A DNA stretch of 64,000 bases from Eledone cirrhosa (Eukaryota), in contig OZ024742.1 in NCBI GenBank assembly GCA_964016885.1, forward strand, positions 251,534,001-251,598,000, written 5' to 3'. Below the pieces are notes generated by a model that did not search any database, had not been told where the DNA came from, and saw only the letters and a list, made by a program, of their open reading frames with translations. Below, in pieces: positions 1-12,269 of the stretch; position 1 is the first letter of the stretch; each line of letters starts with the position of its first letter. Made by a program: the position numbers and the translations under genes.

Positions 1-1195
1 CTAAAAAACTTCACACATCCGCTCGGGTTCGAGCATCACGCACCCGTTTTGGGCAGACAAAGACCGAATTGTGGCTTTGTTGCCACATCGCACATCTGCC
101 ACTCGGGCCCATTGGACGGCTTTTGTCCCCTCGTGTTTCAGAGCACGCGCTCTAGCTCTGACAACGCAGCCTTCGTGTTTTGTGTTGAAGAATTGGTCGA
201 GTGCCAATCTAGCCGCAAGCACGTCGGTTGCGATGCCTGTCCTAAACGCCGCTTCTAGCTTTCTGACTAGCTCTCCCTCTACTCTATTTTCCTCTATCAC
301 TACTCCTTTGCTAAACCTAATCGACTCTACTTTAATTGCCCTTTTTAGGGCAAACCACCACCTGTTGTTGACGACCGCTCCCGTCAATGCCCGCTTAACT
401 AATACACTAATTTGGTCTCTGTAGGCTTTGCGCGCCGGGAAGATGCGTTCAACTTCCAGTAACCGGGCCCTTGTCTATGAAGTCTGTCTATGTCGATCTC
501 ACAGATTACAAATTAGTGGTCTGTGTAGTCGACTATTTTAAATTGTGGACAACTTATACTAGCCTTATCTAGTTCTCTGCAGAATACCCTATCGAGATAG
601 GATCTGGATGACCCGATGCGGTTTGTCCATGTCCACATTTGCACATTCGGGTGATCCAGTCGATATCTGTCAGACAGTTCAAAACGTCTGAGCAGGTTGG
701 TGAGGCTCTTGCCCCCTCCTCACCTATCCACTAGCCCCACACAATCCCAGCGTGCATTCAAGATACCGTTCCAGTCACCCACTAACACTAAAGAGTGGGA
801 CGTTCCAAGAAAGGTCTCTAGACGTCTGAAGAAATCTGGCCGTCCTGCCCCTGTTGGGGTGTAGACGGCTACTAGCTTGAAAGCATTGCCTTCTCTGCCG
901 GTCACGTCCAGCACCACCGACTTACCCTCTGGGTCTAGGAAGATGGCCCGTAAGGCAAGATCCAAGCATCTCCGAACAAGGACGGCAACCCCTCCCCCGA
1001 TCCTGGACGGCTGGGAGATGCGTATACATCGTAGCTGCCGAAGATCGGTGCGAAGGCTTGTGCCTCGGAGATTCTGGTCTGACTGATGGCCACCACATCT
1101 ATGTTTAGTGACCTGAGGTCGTTGAGCAGGTGACCCTGCTTCCAAGATGACTCCAGGCCACGTGCATTTATACTGCCTATTCTGAGTACGGCCAT
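1..1195 (-). pseudogene. ORF2 apurinic-like endonuclease domain and linker (frameshifted)
   Basis: Motifs SINARGL, VAISQT, LVAVYTP, LVGDWN, YLDR and TDH spread over ORFs 935-1195, 720-1145 and intervening frames; RWWFALKRAIK linker in ORF 1-387. Confidence 0.85.
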
Positions 1196-1739
1196 GTTGG
1201 ATGAGAAACGGGGTAAGTGAGAAAGGGTCTCTTACCTTGATTGTGTGGTGAAGGGACAGTAGAACCGTCCCTTTCGCTGGTCATGGGTGTTTCCAAGAGG
1301 ATGTCAGTGTATATCCTCTTGGTAACCGACCCTCTGAAGTCTCCAACTGCGTTGGGGAATTTTTGTTTTAAAGGTTTGTACTGTTCTATTGAGATTTCAA
1401 TGATGCTTATGTTTGTTGGGAGAGTTCTTGGTGTTGGTGGGGTGTATAGTTTTTTTCTGTGATGTCTGTGTGCTGCTTTATATATTTTATGAGTTGTTTT
1501 TTGCCATGTTTATGGCTGTGTACTTTTTGGGGGAGGGGTGATTTTGTTGCTGTTTTCTTCTTGTTGCTGTTTGGTGTGTGTGTGTTGTTTTGTTTGCATT
1601 GTTGGTGTTTTGGGTGATGCTGGTGGTGGTGTGGTTGTTGTTGGCGGTGGTGCTTGTGGTGGTGATGGTGGTGGTGTTGCTGCAAGTTTCCTTGCTGCCT
1701 TTACCCCTCTTTGTGTGCCTTCACTTTTGGAGGGTGAAT

Positions 1740-2800
1740 CTAAGGTTTTTTTTTGTCTTTTGTTTTTTTGTGGCAGACCATTTGCCACTTCACTCCCGCC
1801 TCAAACTCCATGTCGGATTCCGTGGCGTCTAGGAGGGGTATGTGCTCCATGGCTTTTGGTGGTGGTAGTGGAGCCCTCTTCAGCAATTTTGTTGCTGGTG
1901 TAGCTACTTCAAATGTAGCTATTGGTGTTGCCACCACTGATGCTGCTGCTTTAGTTGTCCGTGGCCTTCGTACGGGTGCCACAGACGTTGCCCTCCTACT
2001 CACCGTGGAAGGGGCTTCTGCGTTTGTTGCCTGCCCTGCTCTTGGTAGCAGCGGACCAGGTATTGGAAGGAGAGGGGCCTTCTTCTTCGCTGTCTTCTGT
2101 GGGCAAAAGGCCCTGAGGTGACCCTTCAACCCACAGAAATAACATTTTGGCCGTCTTCCTTCTACGCTTATAGGGAGTTGGAGTCCTTCCTCAAAGTCTA
2201 TGATATCGGGGATAGCGTCGATACATTCCTGGTCAGTTTGTATAAGCATTTGCATGCCTATACCTGACCAGTTCTCTCTCTCCCTATTTCCTCTACTTGC
2301 AGCATTGTCGTCCTGTCCTCGATTCCAGCAAGGACAGACGCGGCCAGCCACGTTATGGGCACGTCAGATGGGACCTGGGTCACTTTGACCCTCACAATTT
2401 TCTACCTGCAGTAGGAGGGCACCAAGACTATCTCCTCACTCTTTAGGGTTTCCAAAGAGTGAGACTTTGCTTCCTGGGGGGGGTGGCGAAAAGTACGTCT
2501 ACTGTGGCGTACTTTCTGCCTCGGGTGATGTGGGTTTTGCGTGCCCAGACGCACCCCAAGGCCTTTTTGATTTGAGTCTCCGTGGCTCTCTCCACCCGAT
2601 GTGAGATTTTGCTTACGGTGCGGTAAGTCACCGTCCGTAGCTGCTGGTCCTTGAAAAAATCGGGTGGAGGTTTCAGGGAGACTCTATTGGCGCTTCTTGT
2701 CACGATGGCCCTTGCGACTGCCATCTCCTCCTCTGTGACTAACACTGTCTCGATATTTCGGGCGACACCTGCAAAAGAAGAGGTCCCTTTTTCAGCAGCA
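1740..2800 (-). pseudogene. ORF1 gag-like nucleic-acid-binding protein with CCHC zinc knuckle (frameshifted)
   Basis: VEGRRPKCYFCGLKGHLRAFCP in ORF 1740-2351; upstream part in ORF 2443-3219; low-complexity Pro/Thr tail. Confidence 0.75.
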
Positions 2801-2869
2801 CCACTATTGCTGCCGCTACTGGTCTTACTGGTGGTGTTGAGATCGTTGTTACATGTATCGATGTCATTG

Positions 2870-3010
2870 TTGATGTTTTCGTTGGTACAGTTGTTGGTGT
2901 TGTTGTTGTTGTTTTCGTTGTTGCTGTTGTTATTGTTATTGTGGCTGTTGTTATTATTGTTGTTTTTGTTGATACTGTTCCTACTATTATTGTTGTTGTG
3001 GCTGTTGTTA
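2870..3010. repeat. Imperfect (TTG/TTA)n trinucleotide tract
   Basis: Run of ttg/tta/ctg triplets. Confidence 0.9.
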
Positions 3011-3868
3011 GCTTTCTTTATTAACCACAAGGGTTTACATAAAGTATACATTAAGGACAGTACAGGACAATACAGGACGGTACAAATGGGCATTTGTAAA
3101 AAACAAAAACAGAGGATGTAACAAAAAATAACAATGAAAAATTCCCGGGGGAGACTTCCGAGGGACATTCGTGGAGAAAGCCCATTAAAAAGCCACAGTG
3201 ACCCTGACCACCAGGGCAAGTGCCCTCTCCCAGTTTTCCACCTTTAATTTACAGACACATACTCAGAGTAGGCCCATTCACTCGGGCCATTCTTGCCTCT
3301 CTCACCCATCTTTCAACAAATGAAATTTGAAAAAGTTAATCAAGGCATCACCGAAGAGGTAAGTGCTCGTCTTCGGCCCTTTCAGATGCGTCCACCATAC
3401 TATCTCTTTCACCATGGCCACCAGATAAAAACTGTCTGCCCTTCCCAGCTAAAGGAAGAGGGAAGAGCAATCCTCATGATGGACTCAGCTGATAGCCAGA
3501 TCCGTTCTACACGCGACAGCAGGTGTTCAACATAAACCCACAAGTCAGCAATGCTCGGACACTGGACGAGTGCATGCAGGATGGTTTCGTCGCCCTGTGC
3601 ACATCTTGGACGTGCCCGGCTGACGGCACTTCTGTGCCTGTAGAGTTTATCCCGAACTAGCAAAGCTCCTTGGTAGCACTGCCAGGCCAGGGATTTCTGG
3701 AAATTGTCCATAGGCCCCGACCCGAAAGTTCTTCCGAAGAGATTGGCTAGTTGATTTTCGTCGCTCTTCCCCTCCACTAATCCTCTATAGAACGCCAAGG
3801 TGGAGTTTCCACCGATCACATTGCCCAACTGGTCGAGAGCCATGAGCGCCTGAAGACATTCCAGTCTC
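3011..3868 (-). mobile_element. 3' end of a Tx1/L1-clade element (ORF2 C-terminal zinc-finger region + 3' UTR)
   Basis: PRCAQGDETILHALVQC (zf-RVT-like) in ORF 3409-3900; terminal AATAAAGAAAGC on the minus strand at about 3011-3022. Confidence 0.8.
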
Positions 3869-3887
3869 CTAATAATAATAATAATAA

Positions 3888-6800
3888 GGAGTGGTAACAC
3901 GAAATGATTACCCCTTGGCGGTTAAGGATAAAACGCAACAAAATAAAGCCAATATCAAATGATAAAATCTCATATTGGGGTTGAAAAATCAGCTAATGGT
4001 TCAAACCTTCCCATCAATTCGGAGCTGGAGACCTCCCATAACCAGAATACTCCTACTGTTGGCCCTCCATGCTCACCACCAAGAAATCCAAAGAAAAAGA
4101 GAGAAAAATGGTCAAGGGAAGACAATAAAGAAGTCCTTGAGGCTTTCTACACTGCCATCAAATACATCGAATAGAGAACAGACATATATCAACTGGAAAA
4201 AGAAACATCCCGAAAACAGAGGCTATATTGACAGTAACAAACTAGCTAATATATTAAGAAATATTGTTAAGAAAAAGTTACTAACTGATATAGAAATTGA
4301 TCAGATGAAGCAATTAGTGCAAAGTCAACGAAGGGAAAATGAAACATGTGTCAGTGAAAACAAAGTAAATTGTAACACTTTAAATCCCAGGGTTGGGACG
4401 GAATCACTGACAGCAGAACAAATTAAAGAAAGGATCGAAAAAGTGGAAGGAGTGCATGCTCAAGATGAAACTCAAAATGAAAACAATGAGATCATCAATG
4501 ATGAAGAAATGAATGTGAATGAACTGGCCAACTTGAAGAATGAAATTATGATCGAATCGATGAAAATGAAAGAATCTGACATGGGGGGAATGAGACACTC
4601 TCCCTAAGATCCAGAACTCCAAACAAAACCAAAGGATAATACACAAGACTAACATAGCTCTCAAAAACATTATCATCACAAATAAACTAAACAAGTAGGT
4701 GAACATGTTAAACAAACTAAACTTAGAAAATTGAAAAGAAAATACAGTATAAAATAAACAAGTGACATAGACATGCTGATAGAACCAATCAAGCAAAAAG
4801 TGTCGGCCAAAGCTGCTCGTATAAGGTGCTTTGAAAAACGATCTAGATTCTATAAGGACAATAATATGTTCAAAAACAACCAAAGAAACTTCTACAGAAA
4901 AATTGGCAAATCAACAATAACTGCTAAATCAATACCACCCAAGGAGGAAGTGCAAGAATTCTGGGAAAAGATCTGGGCCGAAGAAAAAGTTCATAATATA
5001 CAGACAAATGAAAGATACAGCTCACTCTGAGGAACAAACATGGGAAAATATAACAGTTGAACATCTGCGTTTAGCTCTTAGAAAATCGAGCAAATGGAAA
5101 TCCCCAGGGAAAGACAAAATACCAAATTTTTGGATAAATGCCTTCACAGTCTCATGAGCTGTTAGCCCAACTTTACAATGAAATGGTTAAGGAACCAGAA
5201 AAGATACCATCATGGCTAATTAACGGCATTACATTCCTACTTTCGAAGAATGATGAGACAAACAATCCCCAAAATTACAGACTGATAACTTGCTTGACCA
5301 CAATGTATAACATTTTAACATCAGTCCTAAATGAATATACATATGATCACCTGATAACAAATGATCTATTTTCCAATGAGCAGAAAGGGTGTAAACGAGG
5401 CTCATATGGCTGTAAGGATCAGCTTTTGGTTAACAAAATGATACTGGAAGATTGTCATAATACACACAAAAATCTATCAATTGCTTGGATAGATTACAAA
5501 AAAGCATTTGATAGTTTGCCACATAGTTGGATTGAAAAGTGTTTAGAGATTTTCAAAATATCTCCCGTTGTCAAGAAGTTCCTGTCATTCAGTATGAAGA
5601 CATGGAAAACGACACTCCTTTTGAATAGTGAAAAAAAATCACTGAAAGCTGGAGAAATTAATATTAATTGTGGAATTTTTCAGGGTGACTCTTTATCACC
5701 GCTTTTATTCTGCATCGCACTTATACCATTAAGTAAAATGCTCAATGAAACAAAACTATTTGCAAAAAATGAGCAATTGCAAGGGCTATTATCCACTGTG
5801 AAGCAGTTCAGTGATGACATTAAAATGGAGATTGGACTAGATAAATGTGCCAAAGCCACGTTCGCCAGAGGAAAGCTGCTGAAAAGTTAATCTTGATTGG
5901 GGGAATGTGATAAGAGAAGTTGATCAAGAGGAAACTTACAAATATCTAGGTGTTTGTGAAGGAAACGGAATCAAGCACTCGACAATGGGGGAAAGGATAA
6001 GGAAGGAATGTTACTGCAGAGTAAGAGCAATCTTAAGAATGGAATTGAATACAAGGAATAGGATCGATGCCATAAACATGCTTGCCATACCAGTAGTTAC
6101 AATGTCATCAACTGGTCAAGCACAGAGATCTGTAGGCTCGATACAAAAATGAGAAAATTCTTAACCATGCGCAGAATGCATCACACTAAGGCAGATACAG
6201 ATAGAATATATCTCCCTAGGAAAGAAGGAGGACATGGGTTAATCCAGTTAGATATTGCTTTGAAAACTGCAACAATTGGATTATCTACATATCTAAGGGA
6301 ATCACATGATTGGATGATCAAACTCGTTTTGAAACATGAAAGCATCAAAAGATCATACTCCATTACAAAAGATGCACAAAGATACAGTAATGAACTACAA
6401 ATTTCAGAAGTTCCATTTACTGCTGAAATGAAAAACACAGAAAAAACAAAGCAGGTAAAAGTAACTGCAAAGAAAGAACTGCTACAGAAATTGGCTAAGA
6501 AATGGCAAGAAAAGCCTCTGTATGGAAAATACACAGAAAGAGCTAACAATCCTGATGTTGATAAAACTTTAACCCATCAGTGGTTGGCATCTTCTGGACT
6601 GAAATCGGAGACTGAAGGACTGATTATATCAGCACAAGATCAGTGTCTGCCAACAAAAAATTATCAAGCCAACATAATAAAAAATGTATGCAACCCATTA
6701 TGTATGTAAAAAATAATCAGAGACCATTGATCATATAATTTCAATGTGCAGTTCTATAGCTCCAACCGAATACCTAAACAGGCACGACAGAGCTGCACAA

Positions 6801-7394
6801 TACATACATTGGATAATGTATAAGCATTTTGACCTGCCCCATCAAAAGAATTGGTGGGAGCATCAACCACCTCCCGTACTTGAAAAAGATCACATCTCAA
6901 TCTTGTGGAACTTTAGCATCCAAACAGACTGAAAAATAGATGCAAATAGAGCTGATATAATATTGAAGGACTTTAAAAAGAGAGTATGCCTGCTAATTGA
7001 TATGTCCGTTCCAATAGAGAAGAATGTATCTATAAAAACATTTGAAAAATTGAGTAAGTATAAGGACCTGGAGATAGAAATTGGAAAAATGTGGAAGTTG
7101 AGAACTAAAACAATACCAGTGGTTGTAGGCGCTCTGGGAATGATACCTAAGAGGATTAATGATTACTTATCGCATATCCCAGGAAACCCGCGTATAGAAG
7201 AAATACAAAAGATAGTACTAATGGGAACTGCCCATATACTAAGGAAGATTCTGTCAATATAAGTACATCACAAATATAAACACCTAAAGATGCATGTGTG
7301 AGTATGTATGTTCTTTCTTGAACATGGCGGACCTTGTTGCCTCCCTGGTTGTGACTTGGTGATAACTCGTATGAACATAAAGCAAGATAAATGC
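3888..7394 (+). mobile_element. R4/Dong-clade non-LTR retrotransposon (RT + restriction-like endonuclease), near full length, inactivated, flanked by (TAA)n
   Basis: RT motifs KSPGKD, YRLITCL, EQKGC, WIDYKKAFDS, GIFQGDSLSPLLF; RLE region ETIDHIISMC..RHD and RADII..LIDMSVP..K..KY; (aat)n at 3871-3887 and 7395-7408. Confidence 0.9.
3959..7262 (+). pseudogene. R4/Dong single ORF (RT-RLE), multiple frameshifts
   Basis: Collinear fragments 3959-4174, 3975-4607, 4773-5030, 5138-5890, 5907-6152, 6149-6709, 6744-6932, 6963-7262. Confidence 0.88.
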
Positions 7395-7407
7395 AATAAT
7401 AATAATA

Positions 7408-7530
7408 ATTGTTTCTACTTTAGGCACATGGCCATCAATTTGAAGAGTGGGGGGGGGGGTCAATTAAATCGACCCCAATGCATTACTGGTGTTTTATTTT
7501 ATCGACCCCGTTAGGATGAAAGACAAAGCT
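7408..7530 (-). mobile_element. tRNA-derived SINE family 1 (Meta-domain-like), 5'-truncated
   Basis: Same sequence as the full copy at 57281-57496 (atcgaccccg..aggatgaaag core); (ATT)n tail. Confidence 0.8.
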
Positions 7531-7556
7531 AATAATAATAATAAGCATAAACAAAG

Positions 7557-7972
7557 TATCATCATCACCGTTTTACGTCCGTTCTTCCATGCTAGCATGG
7601 GTTAGACGGGTTGTCCTGTTGTGGGAAATGCCAGGTCGGGTGACCTTGTCTTGCTCATATGGGCTTGATTTTGGCTTGATTTCTACAGCTGGATGCACTT
7701 CCTAACACCAACCTCATTTACAGTGAGTGCTGGGTGCTTTTTTTCCGTGGCGCCTACACGTCCACTTTACAGTGAGTGCTGAGTGCTTTTTTGCCGTGGC
7801 ACCTCCATGACCACTTTGCAGTGGAATGATAGGGACCCCAGTCCCATCATCTCATTTCTACAACTGAGTAAACTGGAACAATGTGAAATAAAGTGTCTTG
7901 CTCAAGGAAACAACACATCACCCGGTTCAAGAATTGAACTCACAACCTAACCACTAAGCCATGCGCCTTCAA
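7557..7972 (-). mobile_element. tRNA-derived SINE family 2 (CORE/V-like centre, RTE-type tail ending in (GAT)n)
   Basis: Head ggcgcatggcttagtgg..gagttcaattc; centre tccttgagcaagacactt; tail shared with the RTE 3' UTR. Confidence 0.85.
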
Positions 7973-8279
7973 TATAGTTATTCACATGTGATGTGTGTTT
8001 CATGATTGATCAGCTCAAGGTATGATCTATAGTGATTGGGTCCAACTCTGAAATCAATAGCTCATTAAATTCAAGAATCCACAAGTCTGAGGAGCTATCA
8101 ATTCAAGAATTCAGCCTGATTACTATTGATTATATCTTTAGGTGACTGACTAGGAAATGCATGTCATGTGTTAATAACTATACTGACACATTGTTCTTGC
8201 TCCTTATTGTCATTGTTATTATACACTGACCAGCATTTCTCCAAAATGGCTGACTGAATACAGGTGTTTTTTATCTAAA

Positions 8280-8470
8280 AAAATGTTTTTCCTTTCCTTT
8301 CTCTTCTCACTCTCTATCTTTCTATTTCATCTTTTATTTCTCATTCTAACTTCTGGTGAAGAACAAGTGTCCGAAACATTAAGACTCTTTTCCTACTATA
8401 TCAAGAATTAAACTAATATATTTCTTCAATTTACTGAGTCATTTGCTTTGTTATTCCTGTTTACTTTTTG
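8280..8470 (+). mobile_element. PLE pseudo-LTR fragment with decayed hammerhead
   Basis: ctggtgaagaacaagtgtccgaaacattaag; same family as 13730-13850 and 39200-39320 (those on the minus strand). Confidence 0.55.
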
Positions 8471-8481
8471 CATATATATAT

Positions 8482-10280
8482 GATAGACTGTCTCGTCAAT
8501 TCGACGTATGAGGGTTCAACAGTCTTTTCAGTTCATTGTTTTATGTTTATACCTCAAATGGCACTTCAATCCAGCTGCTGATTTACACATCAATCGGCAT
8601 TTGGTGCAGGTGACAGGATCTTGAACAGAGCAGGCTGGAATGCCTGACCGGACTTTGCTGTTAAATTTTATCTCACTGAGATGGGCTAAACAAGATTTCT
8701 TAAAGTTATTTATACCTGTGTGGCAGACAGTTCTCCATCTTTTATGGTTGACAGTCATGGCTTCAAATGAAGAAAAAGGTACGTTGACAGATTTTACTTC
8801 AGTTTGTCATTATATTGGAGTAGTGGCTGCTCACACAATGTGCACCATCCTGGAGCTGACTGTACAACAGTACCTTAAGTGTACAGTCCTCAGACATCCG
8901 TAGGACATGACCAGCCCATCTGAGATGGGATTGCATCAGAAATGACTCAATCCCACCAATGTTGCACCTTGTGAATAGTTTGGTATTGGAGACTGTCAGA
9001 AAGGGCATATCCATATACAGAAGACAGCGTTTGTGGAAGACTTCAAGCTTATGTATGTGAGTGCGGTAAAGTGTCCATGACTCCAAGCCATCTAAGAGTG
9101 TTGTTAGTACCACTGTACAATAAACTGCAACTTTTGTTTTCGGGGATGTACCATTGACACTCCATAAGTGGTCATGTAGTTTGCCAAAAGCATCAGTTGC
9201 CTTGGAGATGCGAGTAACAATTTCATCATCCAGGGATGCAGAGTGATTCACCTTGCTGTCAAAGTAAGTAAAGGAGCTCACATATTTTAGACCATTGCCA
9301 TCAATAGTGATGGTTGCAAGAGGATGCCCTTGATCTGGCCACACCTCTTTAACACCTCCTGCATGCCTGGAGGATGGCTTTGTTTGATGTACCACCTCAG
9401 TCTTCTTGATGTTGATTGTTAGACCAAAAGCCTTACAGGCAAGTAAAAAGCAGTTCATCAATTCCTGTGCCTCTTTAAGGGATGTTGCAACAAGTGCAGC
9501 ATCATCAGCAAGCAATAAATTGTGAATGATACTTCTTCATGTGAGTGTTTTAGCCTTAAAGCGCTGATGGTTGAATAGCCCACCCAATGTACGGAACTCA
9601 AATCTGACACCAGTGTCAAAGGCCTTAGTTAGTTCAACAAAAATCATAAACAGTTCCTGGTTCCTTTCACGAACTTTCTCTGCGATCTGGAGAAAAGAGA
9701 AAATCATATTAATAGCACCCCGACTAGAGCAGAAACCACATTGATTTTCAGGGTAGATCACAAGTCTGGATGTAATTCTGTTGAGAATGACACAGGATAG
9801 TATCTTACCAGCAATACAGAGAAGGGAGATGCCGTGAGATATTTTACTTTTGTTTTTGAACAGGTGGATTATCGATACATCTCTGAAGTCCTGGGGGACA
9901 CTCTCAACCCTCCAGATCTCCAGAAATAGCTGAAGAAGCCTACAAACCAATTTTTTACTACCATATTTGAAGATTTCAGGTAGGATGCCATCTTTACCAG
10001 GGGCCTAATGGATGATAGCTGCCTGTTAGCAGCTTTTATTTCATTCAAGTTTGAGTTTAATACTAATTCAGGGATCTCTGGCCTTTGTGGAATAGATGAA
10101 ATTACATCTTCATTGACCTTTGATTCTACATTAAGGACCTTCTCAAAGTGTTCCTTCCACTGAGTGAGAATCTCAGCTTTGTCATGTATAGGGTTGTTCT
10201 ATCAGAGGAAAGCATTGGATTTGACCTGCCCTCCCTTGGACCATACACTGCCTTGAGACCGTTATAAAAGGCTTGTGAGA
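8482..10280 (-). mobile_element. RTE-BovB-like LINE, 3' portion (RT + C-terminal Cys/His motif), degraded
   Basis: HGISLLCIAGKIL, ENQCGF, LTKAFDT, LLADDAAL, FGLTINIKKT, LRWAGHVLRM, CTKC..CKSAAGLKCH. Confidence 0.88.
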
Positions 10281-10357
10281 CATTTTTTTCCCTTTGTATA
10301 TCTATATCTATCTATCTATCTATCTATCACTCTCTCTCTCTATATATATATATATAT

Positions 10358-11150
10358 CATCATCATCATCATCATTTAACGTCTATCTTCCACGCTAGCA
10401 TGGGTTTAGACGGGAGTTGTCCCACGTGATGCAAGATTGGTTGTCTTGCTCGTATAGGACTGTCTGGATGCCCTTCCTAAACCACGTTTACAGTGTAGAC
10501 TGAGAGGTTTTTACCATGTTACCTACACCGCCACATTACAGCATGGCCGTGTTTTGTTTTTTTTGTTGTGACACCTACACAACCTCATTTATTTATGACT
10601 GGATGTTGTGGTACCAACATAACTTTACAGAGAAAGGGGTGGTGTAGATGGGAGTGGTGGTAGGGGTAGTTGGATGGGGGTGTATTTTTGGTTAAGAAGT
10701 GCCTACTGACTGTAGGTTTCGCTTTGTACTTAGGCAAGGTGGGTCTTCTGTATTACTGCATAGTGCCAAAGATCTCGGTCCAGTGACATTGTCTTGGAGA
10801 GGTGTAAGTGTGTAAGGTCGGAATTTATCAAATCGTCCCAGGTTTTTCTGGGTCTGCCTACTCCGTAACTTCCATCAATTTTGATCGCCCTGCACTTTTT
10901 TATACAGCTATCGTCTTTCATGCGCATCACGTGACCATACCAACGTAGTCTTCTCTTGGGTAAACAACATCTGATCCTCTTATTCCTAATTTCTCACTTA
11001 GTTCATTTATGCTTTGCCGTTCCCGTATATTACTATTACACATCCAATGGAGCATGCAAGCTTTGTTCCTCTCCAGTCTGCACAGATCCTCTGCACACAA
11101 TGCCCATGTCTCACTGCCATGTAACATTGCTGTTCGTATGCAGGCATCAT
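10358..11150 (-). mobile_element. RTE-clade LINE (family B) 3' fragment with (GAT)n tail
   Basis: [25 protein letters not shown]; catcatcat tail on the plus strand. Confidence 0.88.
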
Positions 11151-12269
11151 ATCATAACATCCAGTTACTGTAGGTTCACCGACAAGCTTTTTATTCCAGA
11201 GTCGGGCTAGATCAATACAGATTGAACCTTGAGCTAATCAATTGCAAAATGCACGTCACACCTCAGTAAACGTAATGAAGATCTAACACTTTATCCTTTT
11301 TATTATTATTAGTATATATATATATGGGATATAAGTTTCAAGTATCAGTTTTTTGTAGATAACTCCCAGTGTTTGTATTGTAGGGTAGATGAGCATGTAC
11401 AAAAAAGATAAGGCAACTTATCAGTTGGGGTTGCTCGATGCAGTAGATAGAATATATTATTACAATTATCCAGTTGATTTCCAGGTGTATCACCAAGTAT
11501 GATTTATTAATCTATTATATAAAATCCATGGAGTTGTAAATAGACATATAGTAGAAAAAAACACGAAAGCACATTTGTTGAAGCTCATTAGTTCATTTAT
11601 TAAATATTGGTGAATCTGACACATGTTTCAATGTATTATGTAAAACGCCTATGAGAACTGTATTATTGCATAATTCATTATCTCATATTGCCTGATAAAA
11701 TTTTTTACGTGTGTCTCCTTAGAGAAGGTTCAAGGAATAATGGTATGGCCAACCTTGGCCAGACTTGCCTCCTGGCATGGACAATCCGTCTAACCCATGC
11801 AAGCGTGGAAAAATTGACATTAAACAGAAATGATGATGATGAAGAGTATATATTTAAAATTTTTCATGAACTAGATCATGCTTGGTGACCTGACATCTAT
11901 CTATCTGCCTCCCTTAAAGTCACTGTCTATCAATGATCCTATCTTTTCTCACCACAAAATTGACCAAAACTTTTTATCATCAAATAAAAAGATATATTGT
12001 TGATGAAAACTACAGTTAAAATCTTTGTTGTATTTTGTACTTTGTTTTTGTTTTAGTTTCATTAGTATTTCTAATCATCTCTCTCTCAATTAATGATTGC
12101 ATTTCTATTATAGTATATATTAGAACATTTTTCATGAACAATATCATGCTTGGTTACCTGCCAGATTGCTACCATATATTATCCTCTCACCCCCTTTCCA
12201 CAAGCTTCCTATATATCTACCTTTTTCTCGCCCCCTTGAATCCTCCTATCTGTGTATATATGGGTAGAT

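Larger units (their letters stand above)
1..2870 (-). mobile_element. Tx1/L1-clade non-LTR retrotransposon, 5' half (ORF1 + start of ORF2), degraded; continues past the window's left edge
   Basis: ORF1 with a CCHC knuckle, followed by ORF2 beginning MAVLRIGSINARGL (APE endonuclease start); frameshifts and stops present. Confidence 0.85.

Noticed and set aside
2651-3121. Leu-rich, membrane-like ORF
   Set aside because: Antisense reading of the (AAC)n tract.
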